From Candidatus Velthaea sp. (GTDB taxonomy: Bacteria; Vulcanimicrobiota; Vulcanimicrobiia; Vulcanimicrobiales; Vulcanimicrobiaceae), in NCBI GenBank assembly GCA_965214935.1, contig CBDCCS010000010.1:64001-128000 (forward strand): a DNA stretch of 64,000 nt. The letters are read 5' to 3'. The notes under the pieces are model-generated. The model worked only from the letters and a program-made list of their open reading frames with translations. It did no database searches and was not told the origin of the DNA. Made by a program: the position numbers and the translations under genes. Position 1 is the stretch's first letter. Every line of letters begins with the position of its first letter. This document shows positions 18,707 to 29,109 of the stretch, in pieces.

Positions 18707-20236
18707 ATGCGCATGACGGCCGCTGCCATCATTGTCGCGTATTTTACCCTGCTCGGTGCTTCGCACTCGGCGAGTGCGCAAGGTTCGCGCGAAATGCGCG
18801 CGGAGCATCGGCTGGCAGCGATCGTCGGTAACACGCCGCTGCTCGTCGATTTCCTCACCCGCATGCCCAAGGGCGGCGATCTGCATCATCATCTGACGGG
18901 GGCGGTCTACGCGGAGCGCTACATCGACTATGCGGTCGCCGACAAAGACTGTATCGACAGAGCGACGCTCGCAATCGTCGCCGCGCCGTGCGCGGTTGAT
19001 GGATCGACCGTGCCGGCCGCACGTGCGATCGGTGATTTCCCGTTTCGCAACCGCGTGATTGACGCGTGGTCCATTCGCAACTTCACGCCCAGTCCCGACG
19101 ACCCCGATATGCGCGTGCATTTTTTCGCGACCTTCGGCAAGTTCGACCGCGTCACCAACGGCCATTGGGGCGAAATGCTCGCCGACGTCGTCGCACGCGC
19201 GGCCCAGCAGCATGAAGTGTATCTCGAGACGATGCTAACGCCGGATCAAGGCGCCGCGATTGCGCTGGCCGCACACGTCGACTACACGGCAGATCTTGAA
19301 CGACTGCGCGCTCGATTCGATGCCGCCGGCATGTCGGCCGTCGTGACGCAGGCACGTGCGCACCTCGATACGGCGGAGGCGTCGCTGCGTGCCGTGCTCG
19401 GGTGTGCGGGAGCGACCCCCGATCCGGGCTGCGGCCTTGTGCTGCGCTACCAGAACCAAGTGCTGCGCGCACTTACGCCGGTCCAAGTCTTTGCACAGAT
19501 GTTGGCCGGCTTCGAGCTCGCGCGAGCCGATTCACGCGTCGTTGCGGTCAATCTCGTGCAATCACAAGACGAATATCGCGCGCTGCATGATTTTGCACTG
19601 CATATGCGCATGCTCGCCTATCTTCACGCGCTTTATCCGATGGTACATATCAGTCTGCATGCCGGCGAACTTACGCCGGGCGAGGTGCCACCGGCAGAAC
19701 TTTACGGCTCGCATATTCGCGACTCGATCGACATCGGCCATGCCGAGCGGATCGGTCACGGCCTCGACATTGCATACGAGCGAAATGCGCCGGCGTTGCT
19801 GGCGGAGATGCGACGCAAACATATTCTGGTCGAGGACTGCCTGTTCAGTCATGAAGTCGTACGCGGCATGCGCGGACGTGACAACGTACTACCGATGTAT
19901 TTGGCCGCCGGCGTCCCGGTTGCGCTTGCGACCGACGATGAAGGTATCGTGCGCTCCGAGCTTACGTGGTACTTCCGACGTGCGGTCGAAGGCTATCATA
20001 TCGATTACCTGACACTCAAACGCATGGTCCGCGATAGTCTCGATCATGCGTTTTTGCCCGGCGCGAGCTTGTGGGCCGCGCCGGAGAAATTTACGCCGGT
20101 TGCGGTTTGCGCGGGCGAAATTCCGGGCGGCGTTCCGCGGAGTGCTACCTGCCGGCGCTATCTTGCGCGCAGCAAACGCGCGGCGCTAGAGTGGCGCGAA
20201 GAAGTTGAATTCGATCGCTTTGAAGGGCAGATCTGA
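18707..20236 (+). CDS. Adenosine deaminase family protein with signal peptide
   Basis: MPKGGDLHHHLTG, LHAGE, RIGHG, LATDD; hydrophobic N-terminus ending in ASA. Confidence 0.9.
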   Translation: MRMTAAAIIVAYFTLLGASHSASAQGSREMRAEHRLAAIVGNTPLLVDFLTRMPKGGDLHHHLTGAVYAERYIDYAVADKDCIDRATLAIVAAPCAVDGSTVPAARAIGDFPFRNRVIDAWSIRNFTPSPDDPDMRVHFFATFGKFDRVTNGHWGEMLADVVARAAQQHEVYLETMLTPDQGAAIALAAHVDYTADLERLRARFDAAGMSAVVTQARAHLDTAEASLRAVLGCAGATPDPGCGLVLRYQNQVLRALTPVQVFAQMLAGFELARADSRVVAVNLVQSQDEYRALHDFALHMRMLAYLHALYPMVHISLHAGELTPGEVPPAELYGSHIRDSIDIGHAERIGHGLDIAYERNAPALLAEMRRKHILVEDCLFSHEVVRGMRGRDNVLPMYLAAGVPVALATDDEGIVRSELTWYFRRAVEGYHIDYLTLKRMVRDSLDHAFLPGASLWAAPEKFTPVAVCAGEIPGGVPRSATCRRYLARSKRAALEWREEVEFDRFEGQI

Positions 20237-20610
20237 CGCTCAGATCCTTGAGCCGCACCAGTTGGGCTACCGTCGGCAATTTCAGCGCTAACGCGCTGGT
20301 GCTCCTAATTTTTACGGTACCCATAAAGTGTCTTATCACGTCTAACGCTAGCGTCGGTTATTTAAAGCGTCCGTAACGCGATCGACGCTAAGATTATAAT
20401 TGTATTCTCTCTACATGGTACTAAGTATTAAGTCGGTTTATCTGGAAACGGCCCCGCGATCGAAGGTAAGAAGCCGTAATCGTCGTTTTAATCTCCGTCT
20501 TTTATTGTTTTCATTCGACATTCATGCTACACATGTGACTTATAGACGTTGCGTCCTTCAGCTAAATGATCGTGGTGAGCAAATTACCCTTTCGCAGTAT
20601 GCCTCGTGCC

Positions 20611-21186
20611 TTACGGTGCGTCTCCGGCGTTTGCACGCTGTTCTTTTTCCGGCTGCTCGATGGCAAGGTACGTTACGAGATCCCATGCGTTGTGCAAACC
20701 GATGAATAGCATGAGCAGGACGGCCGCGGCGAGCGCATAGGGCGCTCCGAGCGTATACATTGGAAGCAATAACGCGCCGAGAAAGATTAGCAAGTATGAC
20801 ACAAGCGGAAGCAGCGTGTGCCAGACCCAATCCTCAACATCGGGTTTGTAATCGGCAACGCGGCTCATACGGAAGGCGACTTGCAAGATGTACGCCATGC
20901 CGTAAATGCCGGTGATGCCCAATAGCACGCGTGGATAGACGAACGTCCGCCAAGGCGCGCTCATCACCGCCGCGACGAGTAGCGCTGCGCCGAAGTGAAC
21001 GATCGTCGGCGTACTAAAAACGGCGGTTGCGAAGCTCGACCGGGGCACGCGACCCGAACCGCTGATAAGCGTGAGCACGACGAACATCAGGCCGGTCAAA
21101 GCGGCAGCCGACGATCCCATGATGACGTAAAAGTTTGCCCACGCCTGAAGCAGCGATTCGGGATGATCCATCGGCTTGCGTCCCAA
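20611..21186 (-). CDS. Hypothetical integral membrane protein
   Basis: WANFYVIMGSSAAALTGLMFV..LFIGLHNAWD; several TM segments. Confidence 0.75.
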   Translation of the reverse strand: MGRKPMDHPESLLQAWANFYVIMGSSAAALTGLMFVVLTLISGSGRVPRSSFATAVFSTPTIVHFGAALLVAAVMSAPWRTFVYPRVLLGITGIYGMAYILQVAFRMSRVADYKPDVEDWVWHTLLPLVSYLLIFLGALLLPMYTLGAPYALAAAVLLMLFIGLHNAWDLVTYLAIEQPEKEQRANAGDAP

Positions 21187-21552
21187 CGCAACGAGCGATG
21201 CCGCGCCTCTTGCGCGCGGAGCATAATCGTTAGCAGCGGTTCGCTTAGGCTTTTCCCGGCGTCATCCCTCGCTTAAATGGCTTATCAGCATTGTGACGAT
21301 GTTCGCGCTCGCATGATAACAGCGACTGCGTCGCTCGATCGCTCGGTTTCGAGCCTACGGCTCGGTGATAACGGCTTCTACCTTCATCAAGCGTCGCAAA
21401 ATATGTATGCTTGCATTACCCGAATACCGCTCGACAACCCGATTACGATCCGTCCGTAGCAAACGCGACGTCCGCCATACTTCTTACGAGCCTCAGCCGG
21501 ACAAATGAGAGAACTTTGAGCAAACGCTAGCGACCGCGTCGAGTCGCGTTCG

Positions 21553-22524
21553 TTAAACGGGCGTTGTCGATCGTGGAGGATGGAGTGGCGACGAGACCGT
21601 CGCGTCGAGCGCGAGCACGATTTTACCGCGCGACTTGCGACGCGCCAGCTCTCGATATGCATCGTGTAGCAAATCAAATGGATACACGGCCGCGATCGGC
21701 ATGACAAGTTCGCCCCACGCAATGAAGTTCGCAATCTCCGTTAGTATTTCGGGGCTTGCAGCCGCCGCAGAACCGTCGGTTTTGATACCGTGCTTGGCTG
21801 CACCGGCAAAGTCGATGATCGTATCGATGCGCTCGCGGGCGATTCCGAGTTCGAGCGCGAGATCGAGATAACCGCCACCGAAAAGATCGATAAACGCATC
21901 GATACCCTGCGGCACCGCTGTCTTCAGTCGCTCCGAAAGGCCGTCGCCGTATGCGACATGTTCGACGCCGACCGATTGTAGAAACGCCGCATTCTCGTCG
22001 CTCGCGATGCCGATGACGCGCGCTCCGGCGCGTCGCGCGAGTTGTATTGCAAGACAGCCGACTCCACCGGCAGCGCCGCTAACGGCAACAACGTCGCCGG
22101 CTTTCAAGGCGACTGCCCGCACGGCGCCGACCGCCGTCGTTGCTACGACGTAGAGACTACCGGCGCGAAACCAGTCAAGCATCGGCGGTTTCGCAATGAG
22201 TTTCGCCGGCTCGCTGACGACGTACTCGGCTTGCGACGACCGTTGTTCGGACCAACCGATAACTTCGTCGCCGACGGCAAACTGCGTTACACCGGTACCG
22301 GTAGCGCTAACGCGTCCGGCGTAATCCGTTCCTTGCCCGAACGGAAAGTCGCGCGGATACATATCTTTGAGATAACCTTCGCGGATCGAGATCTCACCCG
22401 GATTCGTTCCAGCGGCGACGACCTGCACCAACACTTCCCCCGGTTTCGGCTCGGGTGTCGCAACATCGACGATTTCGAGTTGTTCGATTCCGCCGTAAGC
22501 GGACAGTTGCACGGCTTTCGGCAT
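21553..22524 (-). CDS. NADP-dependent oxidoreductase (MDR / zeta-crystallin-like)
   Basis: MPKAV..GEVLVQV..NP, GAAGGVG, GKIVL. Confidence 0.9.
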   Translation of the reverse strand: MPKAVQLSAYGGIEQLEIVDVATPEPKPGEVLVQVVAAGTNPGEISIREGYLKDMYPRDFPFGQGTDYAGRVSATGTGVTQFAVGDEVIGWSEQRSSQAEYVVSEPAKLIAKPPMLDWFRAGSLYVVATTAVGAVRAVALKAGDVVAVSGAAGGVGCLAIQLARRAGARVIGIASDENAAFLQSVGVEHVAYGDGLSERLKTAVPQGIDAFIDLFGGGYLDLALELGIARERIDTIIDFAGAAKHGIKTDGSAAAASPEILTEIANFIAWGELVMPIAAVYPFDLLHDAYRELARRKSRGKIVLALDATVSSPLHPPRSTTPV

Positions 22525-23264
22525 ATCCGTCGCGGTTCCGTTAGCGCATGAAGCAGCCCTGCGGAATCCCATGCAGCGTTCGGAACACCGGCGCATCGAT
22601 TGCACTTGTATGAATTCGATCGCCGTCTCGACTTCGCATCTGATCGCGGCGGGCACTGAATCATCGGATACGATCGGGTGCCGAGAAAGCAACAACAGCA
22701 AAGTTGCTTGGCGTTACGCGAATCGCAACGTCGGTCATTGCTTTGCACACCGGAGGTGAACGGGTTCTGCACAGTGCTAAGGCTATTCGCTATTAACGGC
22801 CATTACGTTATACATGGAAACACGGCGCGCGTAGACGTGAGTCAACGGCTATGACAAATCGCGTTTGAGACGGTAACTGATACGGCTCGGCCTGCTACCT
22901 GCGTCGAGTAACTCGCCGTTGCGCACGACATTCTCTCGAAAAGACGGCTTGCAACACGCGAATGCGCCGATTCGCACGCTCTCGTCCGAGCCGCACAGTT
23001 ACTCACGATTGAGACGTCCGGCGATCTGGCGTCGGCCGCGAAACGTCAGGTGCAGCAAGTCGCCACTCGCAACGGCACTGCACCCGGTTATCGTTGAACG
23101 AGAATCGTCAGATGCCGTTCACATCGGCTCGTCTTCATGTGAAGTGCGCGTACGACGGTAAGCCTGGCAGGGTCCCCGTCGATTGCCGTGTCGTCGCCCG
23201 GGCGGAGGAAGTCGCCCTTGGCGTCGAAGCGCATCGCTCGCGGTCTTTTTCCGGAGCCGGCAAC

Positions 23265-25046
23265 ATGGCATACGAATACAATCCGAACTCCGCTCGATTC
23301 GACATCCCTAATCCGCATCGGATCGAGAACGTGTTCATCGGCATCTGCGGCGTGGCATGCTTCGTCGCGGGCATTTGGCTGTTGGTCGAAGCGCGAACCA
23401 ACTATTTTGAGCGGGACCCTGCGCGATTTGCAAAATCGATCGTGTCCGCGCTGAGTTTGCTTGCGTTGGCAATCTCGTTTGCGTACGTGGTAATGCAGCA
23501 GTTGCGCTTCTTCTTCGGTCGTGGTCAGCCCGCCGATCTCGTGCCGAGCTTGAGCGGCGATGAAATCGGCTACCGGCCCGCAGACGGCTCGGGCCGCCAG
23601 ATCGGCGATGCGGCAGTGCTGCGTCAAACGCTTCAACAAAACGCAATAACGTACCGAATTCCGAAAGGTCCGATCGACAGCTTTTTGTATTCGATCGTGC
23701 GTAGTTTGGTGTACTCGCCGCGGCTGACGCAAGATCGCGTGCGCGCGCAGTTCCGAAATTTGCTTGCAATCACGTTCGTTCTGTTGCTTTTCGCGGTGTC
23801 GCTGCTCGGCATCCGTAATGCCGCGGCGATCGGCTGGATCGGCTGGTTCTACTTCTTCCTGACGAACGCGGTCGTGCTGCAGCCGATTTTCGGCGGCCGG
23901 CTTAGACGCGTGCAATTCTCGGAACGCCTCGTCGTCGGTTTTATTGCGCTGGCGATCGTCATGCCGGCGATCTTCGCATCGCTCGTGCCGCCACGCGGCT
24001 ACACCTTAGCCCCGTACATCGACATCGTGCCCGTCACGTTTCTCATCCTGGTTACGGCATTTAGCGTGACACTGCTGCTTTTTCGCGCGGGCATTGCAAA
24101 CACCATCAAGCCGACGCAAATTGCCATCGCGCCGCATCTTGAAACGCCTAGCGTCAACGTGAGCCCCGAGCAGATTTACACCGAGCTCAAGCGCGAACTG
24201 CAGCGGCAGTGGCAAGAGCAAGTTCCGAACCGGACGTACATGCGGCGTCTACCGGACGTCAGTGCGCGGCAGGGCGCCTTTAGCGCCGACGTAATCGAAG
24301 AAACGCAGCCGATCCCCGTCGACGTCCAACCAATGACGTTCGAGCGCGCGTTTGCTTTATCGACTACTCGGCCGTTAGTGATCGTCGACGTCGTTTGTGC
24401 GGCGCTAACGATCCTTGGTGTGCTGCTCGTATGTGCGGGAACGCGCGGGTACACTTCGTACGATTCGCTCGTTGCCGGCGGTGCGTCTGTGCTCGTCGGT
24501 GCGGCCGGGATTCGCTCGGCGAACGATTTCTGGCGCCGCTTCGAGTTTACGTCGCGTATTTACTGGATCGACTGGAACGGCACCTATGCTCGCGCGGCGA
24601 CCAAGATCGGCGCGCTGTTGACCGATCGCGTTCACACCGAGCGCGAAGTTATCAGCGTGGAATCGATGACCCTGCGCGTGTGGGTCGCGGAACTCGACTC
24701 AGTGGCATTCAATACCGACCAAGATCGCGATCTTGTCGCCATCCGCGGACTTCCATTAGAAGCTGAACGTCTGGGGCGCTGGCTCTCGGCCTTTGCCTAT
24801 AATCAAGGCTCAATTATGGCACCGACGTCGGCCGTCGACGTTGCCCGCATGGAAGCGATCAATACCTTAAATGTCGATCCGATGGCCGAAACAGCGCACG
24901 TTCCGCGCATCGATCCGGCGCTGCAGTCGGGCATAAGGACGGGCGCTGTAACTCCCCCGCTGCATCGCTTTTGCGTCAGCTGCGGTGCCAAAGCTGCGGC
25001 CGCCGGTGCGCTTTTTTGCTCGTCGTGCGGCGCCAAGCTCCTCTAG
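23265..25046 (+). CDS. Multi-pass membrane protein with C-terminal zinc ribbon
   Basis: Several TM segments; C-terminal FCVSCG..FCSSCG. Start chosen at MAYEYNP. Confidence 0.75.
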   Translation: MAYEYNPNSARFDIPNPHRIENVFIGICGVACFVAGIWLLVEARTNYFERDPARFAKSIVSALSLLALAISFAYVVMQQLRFFFGRGQPADLVPSLSGDEIGYRPADGSGRQIGDAAVLRQTLQQNAITYRIPKGPIDSFLYSIVRSLVYSPRLTQDRVRAQFRNLLAITFVLLLFAVSLLGIRNAAAIGWIGWFYFFLTNAVVLQPIFGGRLRRVQFSERLVVGFIALAIVMPAIFASLVPPRGYTLAPYIDIVPVTFLILVTAFSVTLLLFRAGIANTIKPTQIAIAPHLETPSVNVSPEQIYTELKRELQRQWQEQVPNRTYMRRLPDVSARQGAFSADVIEETQPIPVDVQPMTFERAFALSTTRPLVIVDVVCAALTILGVLLVCAGTRGYTSYDSLVAGGASVLVGAAGIRSANDFWRRFEFTSRIYWIDWNGTYARAATKIGALLTDRVHTEREVISVESMTLRVWVAELDSVAFNTDQDRDLVAIRGLPLEAERLGRWLSAFAYNQGSIMAPTSAVDVARMEAINTLNVDPMAETAHVPRIDPALQSGIRTGAVTPPLHRFCVSCGAKAAAAGALFCSSCGAKLL

Positions 25047-25055
25047 ATACGTTCA

Positions 25056-25083
25056 GCGAAAGCACGTCGAGCGATGCTTTCGC
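25056..25083 (+). terminator. Stem-loop after the stop codon
   Basis: GCGAAAGCA-N10-TGCTTTCGC, about 10 nt after the stop; weak U tract. Confidence 0.4.
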
Positions 25084-25454
25084 CTTGAAAGTAGACAAAG
25101 GCCGCGAAACGCTACGTCGCGCGTCGTCACAGCGCATCAACACAGGAAACCGCGTTGTCGTAGAAATTCGGGAAACGAGCTACTCTTGCTTCGATGAATC
25201 TCCAATAACGCTACCGGCCTATCTACTGTTCCAAGCGAGACTTGCCGGCGATTCGGCCTGACGAACAAAGGTGACGGGATGCGTTGCTCGCAGAGCTTTA
25301 TTTAATCGCCTAAGCAACGCGCCGGCAAAATGCGGAACTCGAGGTAGCGGCTGTGGCGCCGGAATCGAGACGTAAACGACCGGTGAGGAAGACGGCAGTG
25401 TTCCTGTCGCCGACTACGTACGCGGCCGGTACGACTTGCCGTTACAATAGTGCG

Positions 25455-27350
25455 ATGGAACGTTTGAGACGTCTGGTCTTCGCACTGTGCTCTACCGTCT
25501 TGGGAAGTACCCTCGCAGCAACGCCGGTGGCCGCAAGGATTCTCCCGGTCGCGCCGGCTCTCGGTGCGATCAGCGCCAACCAAAACGTTGCGCCGGGTGG
25601 CAGCCTGCAGCACGGGCGGCTGCGCATCGCGCTCGTTGCGCGGCGCGGACTGTGGCGTCCCGATGGACCCGGAACGCTCGGACTCCCGATCGAAGCGTTC
25701 GGCGAAGCCGGGCGGCCGCTTCAAATTCCTGGTCCGCTCGTCCGGGTACCGCTCGGCACGCGCGTCGAGGCAAGTGTCCGCAATGAGCTTCCGCACGACA
25801 TTTTCGTGCGCGGTCTCAGCGCGCCGGCCGGCGCGGCGGCGCGTGTCTTACGCGTTCGCCGCGGCGCAATCCGTCGCGTCACGTTCCTACTCGATAAGCC
25901 GGGAACGTTCGGCTACTACGCAAGTACGACCGGCGAAACGGTTGATTCGCGTATCTTCGACGATGCAGAGCTGTCCGGAGCGATCGTGGTCGACGCGCCG
26001 CATGTGCCGCGCATCGACCATGTGTTCGTGCTCGGCGTCTATGCGCCCGTGCGGCGCCCCGATGGATCGCCGCATTTCATCTACTTACTCGAAACCATTA
26101 ACGGCCGCTCGTTTCCGGCAACCGAACGGCTCGTCTATCAGCGCGGCCGCCGCGTCCGCTGGGGCGTTTACAACGCCAGCTCGTTAATTCATCCGATGCA
26201 CTTGCACGGTTTCTTCTTTCGCACCGACCGGCCCGATGCGTACGACGAGGTGACGCACCCGTTTTACCCGGGCGATGCTGAGGTGCTATCGTGGACAGCG
26301 GATCGCGCCGGTGATTGGATGTTTCATTGTCACATCGACGATCACATCACGCGTCACGCACCATTACGCGCTATGCTGGCGCGCAAACCCGATCCGCAGC
26401 TGACGGTTACCAAGCGCTATCATCTCGCGAATCAGCCGATGGCTTCAATGGTCGTCGCCGTTAGCGTTTTACCCGGTAGTCACGGTCGCGAAGCGGTGGC
26501 GGCCTCGCCCGCACGTACGCTCGCGCTCGACATTAATTCGGATGTTGTCCCCGGTGCGCAGTTCGGCTTATCGCGTGACTCGTTCAAGCTGACTGAAAAC
26601 GGGCGCACCGCGTCGTCGACGGGGTCGCTTGGACCGCCGATCGTGCTGACGCAGGGTGCACCGGTTGCGATTGCCGTGACGAATCACATGTCGGAATCGA
26701 CGAGCATTCACTGGCATGGAATAGCGCTTGAGAACAGTTACTTCGACGGCGGCGCCGGCATGGGGATGGCGTCGATGTCGAGCGGGCGGATGCCGCCGGC
26801 AATTGCACCGGGCGATACGTTCGTCGCGCGCTTCGTCCCGCCTGACGCCGGAACGTTCACGTATCATTCTCATCTTGATGACGGGTGGCAACTTGCCGGT
26901 GGACTCAGCGGGCCATTGATCGTTTTGCCGCGCGGACAAGAGTTCGACGGACGGACCGATCACATTGTGATGATCTCCGAATTCTTTTCCAACGCCGGGC
27001 GTCCGCCGCTGGCGATCAACGGCTTTGCACCGCCGCCCGCAATTGTCGCGCATGCCGGCACGGCGCAACGCTTGCGCTTTGCGAACCTGACGCTGGCCGG
27101 TCAAAATCTCGTTGTTTCACTCTGCGACGGAGCGCGCGTCTTGCAATGGTCGCCGATTGCAAAGGACGGGCGCGACATGCCGCTTCGGCTGCAGCGCCCC
27201 GGCGTCGCGACGCACGCGCTGACGATCGGTGAAACGCGCGATTTCCGCTTTACTCCGGAACGTGCCGGAACGCTCACGCTCAACGTCTACGACGCGGATG
27301 ATAACGGCGCACTGGTCGCCTCCCAGCGTATCGACGTGTCGGGACCCTAA
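25455..27350 (+). CDS. Secreted multicopper oxidase
   Basis: HPMHLHG, WMFHCHIDDH, SIHWHG, YHSH; signal-peptide-like N-terminus. Confidence 0.85.
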   Translation: MERLRRLVFALCSTVLGSTLAATPVAARILPVAPALGAISANQNVAPGGSLQHGRLRIALVARRGLWRPDGPGTLGLPIEAFGEAGRPLQIPGPLVRVPLGTRVEASVRNELPHDIFVRGLSAPAGAAARVLRVRRGAIRRVTFLLDKPGTFGYYASTTGETVDSRIFDDAELSGAIVVDAPHVPRIDHVFVLGVYAPVRRPDGSPHFIYLLETINGRSFPATERLVYQRGRRVRWGVYNASSLIHPMHLHGFFFRTDRPDAYDEVTHPFYPGDAEVLSWTADRAGDWMFHCHIDDHITRHAPLRAMLARKPDPQLTVTKRYHLANQPMASMVVAVSVLPGSHGREAVAASPARTLALDINSDVVPGAQFGLSRDSFKLTENGRTASSTGSLGPPIVLTQGAPVAIAVTNHMSESTSIHWHGIALENSYFDGGAGMGMASMSSGRMPPAIAPGDTFVARFVPPDAGTFTYHSHLDDGWQLAGGLSGPLIVLPRGQEFDGRTDHIVMISEFFSNAGRPPLAINGFAPPPAIVAHAGTAQRLRFANLTLAGQNLVVSLCDGARVLQWSPIAKDGRDMPLRLQRPGVATHALTIGETRDFRFTPERAGTLTLNVYDADDNGALVASQRIDVSGP

Positions 27351-27522
27351 GGTCGTTTGAGCCGCTTCACGTTGCGGTCGGGTTGTTGCCGGCCGGCAGC
27401 ACGATCGACTCCGATCGTGCAAACGCTACCGCATCGAAGTGCGGCGTCCATTCAGAACCCTTGCGGGCAGGAGCGGCAGCTCATGCCGTGAGGTTGCGGC
27501 GACAATTCGGAATCAGTTGCCG

Positions 27523-29109
27523 TTACGCGATCGCGCCGGTGTTTCGAGATGGAGAACCCGAACTCGATTCACGCAAAAACGCCTCGGCCGTTCGCAAGCT
27601 GAGCGCCATGATCGTGAGCGCCGGATTTGCCGACAAGGAGCTTGGAAAGACCGAGTTATCGCAGATCCACAAATTCTTGATATCAAAGCTTCGACCCGCG
27701 TTGTCGACGACGGCGGTACGCGGATCGTTGCCCATGCGGCACGTGCCGATCGTGTGAGCGAAGCGATCGAGGCTCCACACATCAGTTGCCGCAGCTTGCT
27801 GCCAAAGTTCGCCCATCAGCTTCTCGGCGTGCCGCTTTACGAGCGTTTCGTTCGGCCCGGCAGTGAAGTATACGCGCGGTTTGCGCATCCCGGTTTGGTC
27901 GGCCTCATCGGCAAGCTCGAGATAGTTGCCGGCTTGCGGCAAGCACTCCCCGTTGATACCGATGCCCGCAACGTGATTGTAGCGCTGAAGATAATCAACT
28001 AAGGATTGACCCCATAAGCCGCGGCCACGCGTTACGTTTTGGCCCCATGTGATCGGAACGACGCCGAGACTTTGCACGATATACCCGCCTGCAAAATCCG
28101 CGTCTGCCGCCCGTACCAAGTCCTCGGTGATAAGCGACGACGGGTAACCTTTGTTGGGCCGTATCTCGGATTCAAACGTGCCCCAAACTTGTGTGGCAAC
28201 GTGAGCCATGTAGTTGCGGCCGACCTGACCGCTTGAATTCGCGATCCCGAGATGCAAAAGTAAGCGCGGCGTCTCGATCGCGCCGGCGCACAAGAATACC
28301 GCACGACAGCGTTGCCGCCGCTCGCCGCCGCCGCTCCGGTAGATGACCGCGTCGATAGTGCGGCTCGTATTGAATTCGAATCCGACGACGGTACATTCCG
28401 GACGAATCTCGGCACCCGCATCGACGGCTAATGGAAGATACGTAACATCCATACTCGCCTTTGCACCGATCCGGCAACCCTGATGGCACGCGCCGCAATT
28501 GATGCAAGCCGGGCGCACGAGGTTGTCGGTTTGCACGTGATTTCGCGACACGACGGCAACGGGCGCGTCGGTCGCCCGCAGTCCGAGCGCGGTACAAGCC
28601 GCGTGCATCAGCTGCGCCGGTGCATTGCGCGCTACGGGCGGTAGCGGATAGCGCCGCGCTGCATCCCACGGATACGAATGAGGGCCGGACATGCCGATGA
28701 ACGCTTCGACGCGCTTGTAATACGGAATGAGTTCCTCGATCGTCAACGGCCAGTCTGCGCCGACGCCGAACTCGGTATGCATCCGCAAGTCGCGTTGATC
28801 CGCGCGCGGACAGAATGCACCCCAGTGTAATGTCGAGCCGCCGACGCCCGTTCCGCTATTATTTGCGCCAAAGACATTGGGCGTCTCGCCTGCGCTCAAG
28901 CGCTCGTTGAGCCAATAGATACCGCATGCCGCAATTTCATCGGCGGCAAAGTCTTCGGGCGTCCAGTTTCGCCCGGCTTCGAGAGCTACTACCGACAAGC
29001 CGGCGCTTGCCAAACGCGCCAGCAGCGGTGACCCGCCGGCGCCGGTTCCGATAACAACGGCGTCGACGTTATCAGCGTCGCGATACTGCTTCATTGCGGC
29101 GAGGTTCAT
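27523..29109 (-). CDS. GMC family flavin oxidoreductase
   Basis: VIGTGAGG, GVGGSTLHW, CINCGACHQGC, AHTIGTCRMG, ANPALTIMAL. Confidence 0.92.
   Translation of the reverse strand: MNLAAMKQYRDADNVDAVVIGTGAGGSPLLARLASAGLSVVALEAGRNWTPEDFAADEIAACGIYWLNERLSAGETPNVFGANNSGTGVGGSTLHWGAFCPRADQRDLRMHTEFGVGADWPLTIEELIPYYKRVEAFIGMSGPHSYPWDAARRYPLPPVARNAPAQLMHAACTALGLRATDAPVAVVSRNHVQTDNLVRPACINCGACHQGCRIGAKASMDVTYLPLAVDAGAEIRPECTVVGFEFNTSRTIDAVIYRSGGGERRQRCRAVFLCAGAIETPRLLLHLGIANSSGQVGRNYMAHVATQVWGTFESEIRPNKGYPSSLITEDLVRAADADFAGGYIVQSLGVVPITWGQNVTRGRGLWGQSLVDYLQRYNHVAGIGINGECLPQAGNYLELADEADQTGMRKPRVYFTAGPNETLVKRHAEKLMGELWQQAAATDVWSLDRFAHTIGTCRMGNDPRTAVVDNAGRSFDIKNLWICDNSVFPSSLSANPALTIMALSLRTAEAFLRESSSGSPSRNTGAIA

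Noticed and set aside
20237..20610. AT-rich spacer between convergent genes
   Set aside because: No repeats, att-like site or credible ORF were found.
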